A DNA stretch of 64,000 bases from the IMG/VR virus record IMGVR_UViG_3300037467_001931, positions 1-64,000 of that record. One strand, written 5' to 3'. The number at the start of each line of letters is the position of its first letter. The first letter of the stretch is position 1. Made by a program: the position numbers and the translations under genes. The DNA comes from a virus. Under the pieces are notes generated by a model that was given only the letters and a program-made list of their open reading frames with translations, did not search any database and was not told the DNA's origin. Positions 51,914-60,931 of this stretch are shown piece by piece.

Positions 51914-52854
51914 TTAGTCCAGTAGCAAAATATAAGGAACCATTATGGTTCGAAGAAGAACAATTGAAGGTCTTTTGGACTGCAACCGAGATTAAGGTAG
52001 AGAAGGATGTGCAGGACATGTTGGTAAACATGACTGATGCAGAAAAGCATGGAGTAATCACTACATTAAAATTGTTCACTCTCTATGAATTAAAGGCAGG
52101 TGAGGAATATTGGGGAAGCCGATTTAAACAAATATTCCCAAAGGTAGAATTCCTCAGAATGGCATCTGCGTTTTCCATGTTTGAAAATTGCGTGCATATG
52201 CCATTCTATTCTAAGATTAATGAGTTACTACATATTCACACTGATGAATTTTATGATTCTTATGTCAAGGATAAAACTCTTGAGGCAAGAATGCATTTCA
52301 TTGATGAAATAGTTGGTTCAGAAAACGATTTAATCTCTCTTGCTGGATTTTCCATGGTAGAAGGAGTTATTCTATATTCTTCATTTGCATTTTTAAAGCA
52401 TTTCCAGTCAGAAGGGAAGAACAAATTAATGAATATTGTCAGAGGAATTAATTTCTCTGTTAGAGATGAGAATCTTCATTCAATGGCTGGAGCATGGGCA
52501 TTCAAGATGGAACGGGAAAAAAGAAATCCGTCTGTGGAGGAATTAGAAGAATTGGAGTTTAAAATTATTACTCTAGCGAATGATTTATACCATCATGAAT
52601 CAAGAATTGTTGATATGATTTTTGAGAAGGGAAACATTGACGGAATTACTCCTGTTCAAATGAAACATTTTATTGAATCTAGGATTAATAATTGTTTAAT
52701 TAATCTTGGATATAAGAAATTCTTTGATGTTAAGTACAATCCCATAGCGGAATGGTTTTATAAGGGAATAAATAACTTCACTTATAATGATTTCTTTAGT
52801 GGTCAGGGTAGGGAATATACAAGAAATTGGGATGAATCGAGGTTTATATGGTAA
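51910..52854 (+). CDS. nrdB: ribonucleotide reductase beta subunit
   Basis: The N-terminal EEQLKVFWTATEI pattern and length (314 aa) fit R2. It lies immediately upstream of and overlaps nrdA. Confidence 0.88.
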   Translation: MISPVAKYKEPLWFEEEQLKVFWTATEIKVEKDVQDMLVNMTDAEKHGVITTLKLFTLYELKAGEEYWGSRFKQIFPKVEFLRMASAFSMFENCVHMPFYSKINELLHIHTDEFYDSYVKDKTLEARMHFIDEIVGSENDLISLAGFSMVEGVILYSSFAFLKHFQSEGKNKLMNIVRGINFSVRDENLHSMAGAWAFKMEREKRNPSVEELEELEFKIITLANDLYHHESRIVDMIFEKGNIDGITPVQMKHFIESRINNCLINLGYKKFFDVKYNPIAEWFYKGINNFTYNDFFSGQGREYTRNWDESRFIW

Positions 52855-54572
52855 AACACGTAGAAAATATTTACAAAAATCTTTCTGAAAGAAGAAAAAC
52901 ATTACAGGAAGAAGGATTAATACCAGAGTGGTATACCACTGCAGGTATGCAAATGTTTGAAGAAAGATACCTTTATGGTTGTAATAATGTTAGGGAACAA
53001 TTTGAAAGAATTGCATCAACAGCTGCAAAACATTTTTCTAATGTGTCTGATGGGTATAATTTGTTTAGTTTGGCACAAAAAAAATTCTTTAATCTATTAT
53101 GGAAAGGTTGGTTATCCCCTTCTACCCCAGTGTTAGCAAATATGGGAACCGATCGTGGAATGCCTGTTTCTTGTTCTGGTGGCTATGTCAGGGATTCTAT
53201 AGACGGATTTTATTCTGCCAGAAAAGAAGTTGCCATATTAACCAAACATGGATTCGGAACATCCGCATATCTGGGAGATATTCGCGCAAGAGGCACATCA
53301 ATTAGAGTTGGTGGGAAAGCTTCTGGAGTAGTTCCTGTGTTTAAAGGATTTGTTCAAGATATGCGTGATGTTGCTCAGGGAACTGCAAGAAGAGGAGCAT
53401 GGGCTGGATATTTACCAATAGAACATGGTGATTTCTATCAATTAGCTGATCATATTATGGCAGAACCAGATGACGCTAATGTTGGTTGGATTGTCCCAAA
53501 TTCATTTATTGAAAAATTAGATTCTGGAGACCAGGAAGCAATTAGAAGGTACCAAAAGGCACTTAAATTAAAGATGGTCACTGGAAAGGGTTATTTTTTA
53601 TTCATTGATAAAGCGAATGAAAAAAGACCTGAAATGTATAAAGCTCGTGGATTAGAAATTAAAGCATCTAATTTATGTTCTGAGATCATGCTTCATTCTG
53701 ATAGAGAACATACCTTTACCTGCGTTCTTTCTTCTATGAATGTTGCAAAATATGATGAATGGAAGTTTAGTGATGCGGTTTATTGGGCAACAATATTTCT
53801 CGATTGCGTTGCTGAAGAATTTATTCAAAGAGGAATTGAGGTTCCTGGATTAGAAAATGCTGTAAGATTCACACAAAAAGGAAGAGCTCTTGGGTTAGGA
53901 GTTTGTGGATTTCATACATATTTACAACAAAATATGATTCCATTTGAATCTCTTGATGCAATGTATAAAAACAATGAAATCTTTAATCATATTTGGGTTC
54001 AATCTGAAAAGGCATCAAGAGATTTAGCTAAAGAACTTGGTGAACCAGAATGGTGTAAAGGATCAAGATTAAGAAATACTCATAGAATTGCTATTGCTCC
54101 AACAAAAAGTACTGCGGTAATGATGGGTGGTGTTTCTGAAGGAATTAATCCCGATCCAGCCATGACATACACACAAACCACTGCGGCTGGCGAGGTTGAT
54201 AGAATTAATCCAGTTTTACTTAAATTAATGAAAGAAAGAAATGTTTATACTAAGAAAACTCTTTCTGGAATTACCGATAAGATGGGATCAATTCAACATG
54301 TTGATTGGTTAAGTGATTTTGAAAAACAGGTTTTCAGAACTGCCTTCGAAATTAACCAAGAGGTTGTAATTAGACTTGCTTCACAGAGGGCTAAATATAT
54401 TGATCAGTGGCAATCTTTGAATTTATTCTTTTCATCTGATGAAGATGAGGAATTGATTAGTCAAGTGCATAAGCAAGCATTCAAAGATCCTAATATACTT
54501 GCCTTGTATTATGTTTATAGTATGAGTGGAGTTCAAGGTAGTAAAGAAATGGAATGTGTAGCATGTCAATAA
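52848..54572 (+). CDS. nrdA: ribonucleotide reductase alpha subunit (short form, no ATP-cone)
   Basis: Active-site NLCSEI, IAIAPTKST, and C-terminal redox pair CVAC. 574 aa. Confidence 0.9.
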   Translation: MVKHVENIYKNLSERRKTLQEEGLIPEWYTTAGMQMFEERYLYGCNNVREQFERIASTAAKHFSNVSDGYNLFSLAQKKFFNLLWKGWLSPSTPVLANMGTDRGMPVSCSGGYVRDSIDGFYSARKEVAILTKHGFGTSAYLGDIRARGTSIRVGGKASGVVPVFKGFVQDMRDVAQGTARRGAWAGYLPIEHGDFYQLADHIMAEPDDANVGWIVPNSFIEKLDSGDQEAIRRYQKALKLKMVTGKGYFLFIDKANEKRPEMYKARGLEIKASNLCSEIMLHSDREHTFTCVLSSMNVAKYDEWKFSDAVYWATIFLDCVAEEFIQRGIEVPGLENAVRFTQKGRALGLGVCGFHTYLQQNMIPFESLDAMYKNNEIFNHIWVQSEKASRDLAKELGEPEWCKGSRLRNTHRIAIAPTKSTAVMMGGVSEGINPDPAMTYTQTTAAGEVDRINPVLLKLMKERNVYTKKTLSGITDKMGSIQHVDWLSDFEKQVFRTAFEINQEVVIRLASQRAKYIDQWQSLNLFFSSDEDEELISQVHKQAFKDPNILALYYVYSMSGVQGSKEMECVACQ

Positions 54573-54730
54573 ATAAAACTATTGATGGCTTATCACCACT
54601 GAAAGAATGTTTGGGGATAAAGGAGGGGAACGTTTCTTACACTTGTGCTGGTTGTTTTATAAGGTATGAAAACGTTCCAAAACATCATAATTGTAAATGT
54701 CCATATAGTAGAGAATTAAAAGGAAAGTAA
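54563..54730 (+). CDS. small Cys-rich ORF (55 aa)
   Basis: It overlaps the nrdA 3' end and carries CAGC...CKC. Confidence 0.35.
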   Translation: MSINKTIDGLSPLKECLGIKEGNVSYTCAGCFIRYENVPKHHNCKCPYSRELKGK

Positions 54731-54883
54731 ATGGCGAAGGAAAAATTTAGATGCAGCGAATGCGATGGAGAGGGGACTGTATCATTTAAACAAACTGATA
54801 CAAGATTTCCCTTGGAGGTTGTATTTTGCCCATTTTGTTCGGCTGATTTAGATACTGGTGTAGAAGAAGACGAAGAAGATTAA
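54731..54883 (+). CDS. small zinc-ribbon ORF (50 aa) with acidic tail
   Basis: RBS AAGGAAAG. CSEC...CPFC, then EEDEED. Confidence 0.45.
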   Translation: MAKEKFRCSECDGEGTVSFKQTDTRFPLEVVFCPFCSADLDTGVEEDEED

Positions 54884-55275
54884 ATCTTCACGTGACTGTG
54901 ATGAATTCTACAAGATATTTGTTTATTGTAGAATTTGTTTGGAATTTCTAAAACTTCATGTTGGAATTGGAGCTTCGCCTCCAAGTATCCCATCATACCT
55001 TTATTTTTGCAGAGAAATAGAATTTCTCTCTTGAAGTTTTCTTTACCTAATTTCAGAACGTCTTGTTTTAATTCTTCTGAAGAACTGTAATATTCTTTCC
55101 AGTCTGATTCTTCTTTAATCTTTTTTTTCTTTTTCTTGATTATTTTTGTCTTAGTGAACCAAAATAATTTCTTTCCGAAGTATTCCCTTCCATCAACAAG
55201 GTTGGTTATTTTATACACGAATCCAGTAAAACCTGCTGGAATTTCTGTAAATTCTTTATTTTCATATATCCACAT
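54880..55275 (-). CDS. GIY-YIG endonuclease-like protein (free-standing homing-endonuclease type, catalytic domain only)
   Basis: GFVYKITNLVDGREYFGKK is a GIY-(10)-YIG-like motif, with a downstream conserved Glu in GYLEAKL. It lies on the opposite strand, inserted after the nrd genes. Confidence 0.6.
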   Translation of the reverse strand: MWIYENKEFTEIPAGFTGFVYKITNLVDGREYFGKKLFWFTKTKIIKKKKKKIKEESDWKEYYSSSEELKQDVLKLGKENFKREILFLCKNKGMMGYLEAKLQFQHEVLEIPNKFYNKQISCRIHHSHVKI

Positions 55276-55283
55276 AATGAACT

Positions 55284-55320
55284 ATTTAGATGAAAAATAA
55301 ATTATACTTTTCATCTAAAT
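55284..55320. repeat. 13-bp perfect inverted repeat whose loop carries the class-B box
   Basis: ATTTAGATGAAAA (55284-96), loop ATAAATTATAC, TTTTCATCTAAAT (55308-20). On the minus strand the loop reads GTATAAT, 25 nt upstream of the GIY-YIG ATG. Confidence 0.7.
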
Positions 55321-55331
55321 TGGTTTAAAAT
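55295..55331 (+). promoter_or_regulatory. class-B promoter (-10 = TAAAAT)
   Basis: AAATAA-ATTATAC (55301-07)-N17-TTAAAAT (55325-31). Confidence 0.45.
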
Positions 55332-55354
55332 TATTGTTTTTGAGGGTTATAATA

Positions 55355-55681
55355 ATGACTGACACATGGGATGATGAGTTTATAGGGAATTATCAAGCAA
55401 GTGTTTTATCTGGTAATAAAGATTATCATCTAACAGTTTCTCACATATATAGTATCGGGGATGTTTTTGTTTACACTGGTGATGCATTTAAAAATTCCAG
55501 ATATTTATTGTGTCAAGTTTCAAGAAGAAAAGTTGCATTAATTCATTTGGAATATGCAAGGTATTGGAAATCTGCTGTTAAAGTTAAGGATGTAAATTCC
55601 ATAACTATGAAAGAATTTAAAGAAATTGTAGGTGGTGAAGCAATGTTTAATAATTTTTATTTACTTTTAGGAGAGCAATAG
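55355..55681 (+). CDS. hypothetical protein
   Basis: ATG 55355 preceded by GAGGG. The ORF track lists TTG 55334. Confidence 0.5.
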   Translation: MTDTWDDEFIGNYQASVLSGNKDYHLTVSHIYSIGDVFVYTGDAFKNSRYLLCQVSRRKVALIHLEYARYWKSAVKVKDVNSITMKEFKEIVGGEAMFNNFYLLLGEQ

Positions 55682-55682
55682 A

Positions 55683-55943
55683 ATGATATCAAATCCAGCA
55701 GATAGAGAGAAAATTAGAAAGGGTCTTCAAGAAATCTCTGATTCAAAGACAAGGCAAGCTGCAGAAACAGCATTAATCAAGGATATTATTGTTGATTTAC
55801 ATGAACAATTCAAAGATCATCTAACTAAAAAGCAAATTAGGAAAATGGCGAATGTGTTTCATAAGCGATCATTCAATGAAGAAGTTGCTGCTCATGAGGA
55901 ATTTGAAACTCTTTACGAAACTGTTATTGGTAATAAAGAATAA
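55683..55943 (+). CDS. hypothetical helical protein
   Basis: 86-aa ORF with RBS GGAGAGCAATAGA. Confidence 0.5.
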   Translation: MISNPADREKIRKGLQEISDSKTRQAAETALIKDIIVDLHEQFKDHLTKKQIRKMANVFHKRSFNEEVAAHEEFETLYETVIGNKE

Positions 55944-55979
55944 ATAAAGTTATACATTTTATCATTTTTGAGTTATAAT
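55942..55979 (+). promoter_or_regulatory. class-B-variant promoter
   Basis: AAATAAA-GTTATAC (55949-55)-N17-TTATAAT (55973-79). Confidence 0.5.
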
Positions 55980-56013
55980 TAACTATTCATCAATAATAAC
56001 CTTAGGAGTTCTT

Positions 56014-57120
56014 GTGTCAACCTCTTCAGCAGAGAAGATCAAAGAAAAACGCGAAAGAATCATTAATTTTGCTAAAGGTACTTCTGGAGAACCATTAGTT
56101 ACAGAAGAAAATTACAAATTAATGATGTGTGAAGCTCTTAATTATTACAACATCTTTGAAGATAATAAAACAAAAAGGAAGTGGGTAAGGAATTACTGTC
56201 TTAAGAACGGATTGGTTGAGGAATTAAGTTTAGTCGATAGTGATATCGGTGATTACCATTTTTCTCAGATAGGGACTGTTGTTAGGTTGTTAGATAGAGG
56301 ACAATATGTTTCGGAGTCTCACAAAAAAGCTATTTTTAATAAGTTTTCTCTGTTGAAACAAGAATCAATTAAGGTTAAGAAATCTGAAGAAGTTGAGAAG
56401 AAGAAAGCAACTATCGTTGATAGAACTCAAGTAATAGTTGATCAATGTATGGATAAGATTAATGGTGAAATTGACCACTTCATAATTAATAGAAGTTCAG
56501 ATTTTGACATGGTCTCTTATCTGAAAGCCAATGATATTCCTACCTCAGCCAAAAAAATCATAGCAGAAGAATTATCTAAGACTTCTCGAGAGTTGGCAAG
56601 TATCAACCCTGATGACGAAGATGATCAGATGTTTGAGGGTTATTCTAACTATTCCAAAAAGGATCTAAAGAAGTATCGAGAAATCATTGATGGAATAATT
56701 AGCGCATGTAGCCACCAAGTAAGGAAAACAACTAGGAAGACACAAAAGGTAAAAGTAAAACCCACAAGCATCAAAGTTGGTAAATTACAATACGCAGAAA
56801 GCACAAATGTTGGTGGTGTGGAAATAAAAAGTGTTAAACCTGAAAGTTTGATTGGTGCCAAAGAAGCATGGTTTTATCATATTAAATATAAGATAGTCCA
56901 TGTGTATAAGTCTGAGAAGGGGATTAGTGTAAAGGGATCAAAATTAACTGATTTTATTCCTGAAATATCCCTAGGTAAGAGAATAAAGAATCCTGAAAAA
57001 TTCTTATCTGGGAATCTTGCTCAGAAAACATTGAATGAATCTTTCAGTAATTTATTGAATAAATCATGGGAAGCTAATGGTAGAATTAGTTCTGATATGA
57101 TAATATTAAAGGTATTTTGA
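56014..57120 (+). CDS. hypothetical protein (368 aa)
   Basis: GTG start preceded by TAGGAG. Its stop overlaps the rnh start. Confidence 0.55.
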   Translation: MSTSSAEKIKEKRERIINFAKGTSGEPLVTEENYKLMMCEALNYYNIFEDNKTKRKWVRNYCLKNGLVEELSLVDSDIGDYHFSQIGTVVRLLDRGQYVSESHKKAIFNKFSLLKQESIKVKKSEEVEKKKATIVDRTQVIVDQCMDKINGEIDHFIINRSSDFDMVSYLKANDIPTSAKKIIAEELSKTSRELASINPDDEDDQMFEGYSNYSKKDLKKYREIIDGIISACSHQVRKTTRKTQKVKVKPTSIKVGKLQYAESTNVGGVEIKSVKPESLIGAKEAWFYHIKYKIVHVYKSEKGISVKGSKLTDFIPEISLGKRIKNPEKFLSGNLAQKTLNESFSNLLNKSWEANGRISSDMIILKVF

Positions 57121-58115
57121 TGGCGATATTAGTTGATTACAACCAAATTGTTTTGGCCAATGTTTATCAGGTTTCCAAGGATTTAAAATCATCTGATCCA
57201 AGTGAATCAAAGAATATTATTCGCCATTCAATTATAACCAGTTTACTGAGTTATAAAAAGAAATTCCAATCTGATTATGGTGAAATGATAATTTGTTGTG
57301 ATTCCAGGAATTATTGGAGGGAAGATATATTCCCTGAGTATAAGGCAGGAAGAAAGAAGTCTAGAGAAGAATCTGATTTACCTTGGGATATCATTTTTGA
57401 AATTTTAAATGAAGTTAGGGAAAGTATTAAAAAATATTTTCCTTGGCGAGTGGTTCATGTAGATAGATGTGAATCTGATGATATTCGTGCAGTATTAACT
57501 AAGTATTTAACATTTAATGAAACTAGTAAAGTTGGGTTATATGATGATCCTTCCCCAATTTTGATAATTTCTTCAGATGGTGATGATACTCAATTAACAG
57601 AAAATGATAATGTAAGGCAGTGGTGTCCAAAACAGAAGAAATATTTACCAAAACTTAGCAAGGAAGATTTAAGAAAGTTTAAAATTGAGCATATTGTAAA
57701 GGGTGATGCTGGCGACGGAATTCCAAATATATTTATGCCATCAGATTTCTTCGTAACTAAAGAAAGTGGTAAAAGACAAAAATCTGTAACTCAAAGTACT
57801 TTAGATTTATTTTACATGTATCAAAGGAATGCGATTGGGCATCTTCCAAAAGAAAAAATTGTTGTTGAAGTAAATGGTAAAAAGAAAAAGATAGATGAAA
57901 GTGATGAGGATTATAAGGAAAGACTACAACTCATTGAAGAAAGATATGTGCAGAATATGCATTTAGTTCTTTATGCAAACATTCCAGATTCTATCGAAGA
58001 TTCTATTATTGATCATTTCAAAAATAACAAACCTGTAGGAAAGAAGATTGATGTATATAATTACTTAAATCTTCATCGCTGTAGATTACTTTTAAACGAT
58101 ATTGACGATTTCTAA
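57117..58115 (+). CDS. rnh: RNase H / 5'-3' flap exonuclease (T4 rnh)
   Basis: FEN-type acidic clusters VDYNQI, CESDD, SSDGDDTQL and GDAGDGIPN. Confidence 0.9.
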   Translation: MMAILVDYNQIVLANVYQVSKDLKSSDPSESKNIIRHSIITSLLSYKKKFQSDYGEMIICCDSRNYWREDIFPEYKAGRKKSREESDLPWDIIFEILNEVRESIKKYFPWRVVHVDRCESDDIRAVLTKYLTFNETSKVGLYDDPSPILIISSDGDDTQLTENDNVRQWCPKQKKYLPKLSKEDLRKFKIEHIVKGDAGDGIPNIFMPSDFFVTKESGKRQKSVTQSTLDLFYMYQRNAIGHLPKEKIVVEVNGKKKKIDESDEDYKERLQLIEERYVQNMHLVLYANIPDSIEDSIIDHFKNNKPVGKKIDVYNYLNLHRCRLLLNDIDDF

Positions 58116-58116
58116 T

Positions 58117-58296
58117 ATGAAAAAAATTTTATTTGGGTTACTGTTAATTATTAGTAGTTTCAGTATTTTGGCTGACGATGATATTGATTGCGTAGTGGTT
58201 GACGATATCGAAGTTTATTCTTATGTTGATGAAAATGGAAATCTTTCAAAAACAATGATATCTCACCCAATCTCGATTTGTTCTACGCAAGTTTAG
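58117..58296 (+). CDS. small secreted protein
   Basis: ATG 58117 gives signal peptide MKKILFGLLLIISSFSILA. The ORF track lists 58102. Confidence 0.5.
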   Translation: MKKILFGLLLIISSFSILADDDIDCVVVDDIEVYSYVDENGNLSKTMISHPISICSTQV

Positions 58297-58307
58297 AAGA
58301 GGATAAA

Positions 58308-58694
58308 ATGGTACAATTTGTAAACGAATTACTACAAGAAGTAAATGACAATATTGGTAACTTGAACAAGTATAAAGGAAACGCCGTTTTAAAAAATATA
58401 TTCACCCACGCTTTCTTACCAGAAAGTAAATTCATTCTACCAGAAGGTGATCCTCCTTATAGAAAAGATGATGCTCCTCAAGGAATGACTCCATCGAACA
58501 TGATGCAGGAAATTCGAAGATTTTATATTTTTCTTCGAAAGGATCTAACTCCTATAAAAAGAGAAGGATTATTTATTTCCATGTTAGAAGGATTACATCC
58601 AAAAGAAGCTGAAGTTCTTCTCCTAATCAAAGACCAAAATCTTACAAGTAAATATCCAAATATCACAAGAGAATCTGTAGCTTCTCTTTTATAA
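58308..58694 (+). CDS. hypothetical protein
   Basis: ATG 58308 preceded by GAGGATAAA. The ORF track lists 58278. Confidence 0.5.
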   Translation: MVQFVNELLQEVNDNIGNLNKYKGNAVLKNIFTHAFLPESKFILPEGDPPYRKDDAPQGMTPSNMMQEIRRFYIFLRKDLTPIKREGLFISMLEGLHPKEAEVLLLIKDQNLTSKYPNITRESVASLL

Positions 58695-58704
58695 GGTTTT
58701 AATA

Positions 58705-59142
58705 ATGAACAAAGCGATAGAAAACCCAAAGGATATTATTTCCGGAGGGAAGTTACCATTGGGATTGGTTCCAGATACAATAATGATAGAAGCTGCAATT
58801 CCCTTCCTAGAAGGTGCGTTGAAGTACGGAAGATATAATTGGAGGTTGTGTGGAGTAAAGGCCAGCATTTATCGTGACGCATTACAACGTCATCTAGATG
58901 ATTGGTGGAATGGAGAAGATGTTGACCCTGTTACAAAAGTTAAGAATTTGGCAAGTGTTATAGCATGTGCGGGAATTATTCTAGATGCTGAACTTTGTGG
59001 AATGTTAACAGATGATCGACCTCCAAGAGCACCAATCAGTGAATTAATAGAACAGTACGAAGAACAGGTAAAATTTCTTAAGGAAATGTTCAAAGATAAG
59101 AATCCTTACCATTACACAATTGAAGATAGTGAGGTAAAATAA
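58705..59142 (+). CDS. DUF5664/MazZ-like all-alpha dNTP pyrophosphohydrolase family protein
   Basis: GKLPLGLVPDTIMIEAAIPFLEGALKYGRYNWR...YRDALQRHLDDWWNGEDVD...NLASVIACAGIIL matches the family pattern GK.....P..AL...A.VL..GA.KYG..NW...RHL.....GE..D..SG..HLAH. Confidence 0.55.
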   Translation: MNKAIENPKDIISGGKLPLGLVPDTIMIEAAIPFLEGALKYGRYNWRLCGVKASIYRDALQRHLDDWWNGEDVDPVTKVKNLASVIACAGIILDAELCGMLTDDRPPRAPISELIEQYEEQVKFLKEMFKDKNPYHYTIEDSEVK

Positions 59143-59144
59143 TA

Positions 59145-59666
59145 ATGGATACCGTTTTTGTAGATATGGATGGTGTGTTGGCAGACTTTTCTACTGAATA
59201 TTTATCTTGGCTTAATGGAAGAAAGGAACGCACCAGAGATTTATTCATCGAAGCTACGGAAGAATATAGAATATTTTCAAAGTTGAAACCAATGCCAAAT
59301 AGTCATATTCTCATTAATAAATTATTAAAGTTGGAAGAATATGGTTATAATATAGAAATATTATCCAGTTTAAATCGTGATGATATTGATCAAGCAAAGA
59401 ATTCAGCAAAAGATAAAGATAATTGGTTACTTGAAAGAAATATTCATTGGAAAAGAAATTTCGTTAAATCTGGTAAAGAAAAGTCAAAATACGCAACAAC
59501 AAAATCTATTTTAATCGATGATGATATGTTTAATGTTTGTGATTTCAGAAATTTTGGAGGAAGAGCAATACTCCATTACGACGCTTTGCCGCAAGTGACA
59601 ATAGATTTATTGGATTTAAATATAGAAGAAATACTAAAGGAATCAGATGAAGATAACAGGCACTAG
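59145..59666 (+). CDS. 5'(3')-deoxyribonucleotidase (HAD, NT5C-like)
   Basis: Motif I VFVDMDGVLADF, distal LIDDD. Confidence 0.65.
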   Translation: MDTVFVDMDGVLADFSTEYLSWLNGRKERTRDLFIEATEEYRIFSKLKPMPNSHILINKLLKLEEYGYNIEILSSLNRDDIDQAKNSAKDKDNWLLERNIHWKRNFVKSGKEKSKYATTKSILIDDDMFNVCDFRNFGGRAILHYDALPQVTIDLLDLNIEEILKESDEDNRH

Positions 59667-59922
59667 AACAGAAATAGAACGTGTAGATGTCGAAATTGAT
59701 CCAATGAAAGCTCTTGAGTCTTTGGATGACCTCATTAGACAAAAGTTAAGTATTCCTTGGGGATCTTATCTAAAAACTGATAAAAACAATAAATATCTTC
59801 TCGTTGAAGATTATAGAGGCGGTGATTCTGTAATTTCTGAAAATCCTTCTCAAGAAACCATTGATTACTTATTAACGTATAATCAATTTTATAAAACATT
59901 ACAGAGATGTGTATATGCCTAA
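59647..59922 (+). CDS. hypothetical protein
   Basis: 91-aa ORF. Confidence 0.45.
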   Translation: MKITGTRTEIERVDVEIDPMKALESLDDLIRQKLSIPWGSYLKTDKNNKYLLVEDYRGGDSVISENPSQETIDYLLTYNQFYKTLQRCVYA

Positions 59923-60163
59923 TTACCAATACCAGTGTGCCCATTGTTGCCATGAATTTGAACGACAATTAAAAATCGAAGAAAGAAATTTCCCAACTTA
60001 CGATTCTTGCCCAAATTGTGATCTTATCGGATATATAAATAAAAAAATAGGAAGTCCAATGATGGTTAGGGATACTCCTAGATTAGATAATGGATTCAGA
60101 GAAGTTCTTTCTAAAATACATGAAAAAACTCCTGGATCTGTTTTGAAGGACAACATCAGATAA
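59915..60163 (+). CDS. FmdB-type zinc-ribbon protein
   Basis: MPNYQYQCAHCCHEFE...CPNCD matches the CxxC_CxxC_SSSS ribbon pattern. ATG 59915 is preferred over GTG 59909. Confidence 0.55.
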   Translation: MPNYQYQCAHCCHEFERQLKIEERNFPTYDSCPNCDLIGYINKKIGSPMMVRDTPRLDNGFREVLSKIHEKTPGSVLKDNIR

Positions 60164-60178
60164 ATAACAAGGAGCAGC

Positions 60179-60931
60179 ATGGCAAGAACTCCTAGAAGTA
60201 AACAACCGCAGGAAACTCAAAGTAAGCCCACCAATCAAAAAGGTAATTCTTTAAAGATGAAATTGGATTATTTGGTTACCATTGATCCATTAACAGAACA
60301 TCAAAAAGAATTCTTTAATTCATATAAGAGACAAGATTATTTTATTATTCTTCATGGATGTGCTGGAACAGGCAAAACTTTCATCGCATTATATAAAACA
60401 TTAGAAGAAGTTTTAGAACCTGGTAATTCATTTGAAAGAATAATTATTGTTAGGTCAGCAGTTCAGGGGAGAGAAATTGGGCACACTCCTGGTAGTGTTG
60501 AAGAAAAGATGGCTCTATATGAATCTCCATACATACAGATTTGTTCAAGACTTTTTGAAAGAAAAGATGCTTATGAAAGATTGACTGAACAAGGTTATAT
60601 TGAATTTCTTAGCACATCATTTTCTAGAGGAACTACTTTTGATAATTCCATAGTAATTGTTGATGAAATGCAAAACCTGACTTTTGAGGAATTGGATACT
60701 ATAATTACTAGAGTTGGTAATGAATCTAAGATTATATTCTGTGGCGATTATAGGCAAACTGATTTAAGGAAAAGTAACGATAAATCTGGAATTAACAAAT
60801 TTCTTGCTATTGCTGAAAGAATGAAATCATTTACAAAGATAGAATTTACGGTTGATGATATCGTCAGAAGCTCATTAGTTAAAGAATATATCGTAGCTAA
60901 GACAGAATACGAAGACGAAAGGAATCCTTGA
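60179..60931 (+). CDS. phoH: PhoH-like ATPase
   Basis: Walker A GCAGTGKTF, Walker B IVIVDEMQN. The length and layout are typical of marine-phage PhoH. Confidence 0.9.
   Translation: MARTPRSKQPQETQSKPTNQKGNSLKMKLDYLVTIDPLTEHQKEFFNSYKRQDYFIILHGCAGTGKTFIALYKTLEEVLEPGNSFERIIIVRSAVQGREIGHTPGSVEEKMALYESPYIQICSRLFERKDAYERLTEQGYIEFLSTSFSRGTTFDNSIVIVDEMQNLTFEELDTIITRVGNESKIIFCGDYRQTDLRKSNDKSGINKFLAIAERMKSFTKIEFTVDDIVRSSLVKEYIVAKTEYEDERNP

Noticed and set aside
9132-55979. Class-B boxes as T4 MotA-dependent middle promoters.
   Set aside because: None of the boxes I examined contains the MotA-box core TGCTT at -30, and I recognised no MotA/AsiA-like ORF in the window. They are described instead as a distinct dyad-symmetric class.
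58705-59142. Evidence for a 2-aminoadenine (Z-base) genome from the MazZ-like protein.
   Set aside because: No PurZ (adenylosuccinate-synthetase-like) or DatZ gene is recognisable in this window, and DUF5664 proteins occur widely outside Z-genome phages.
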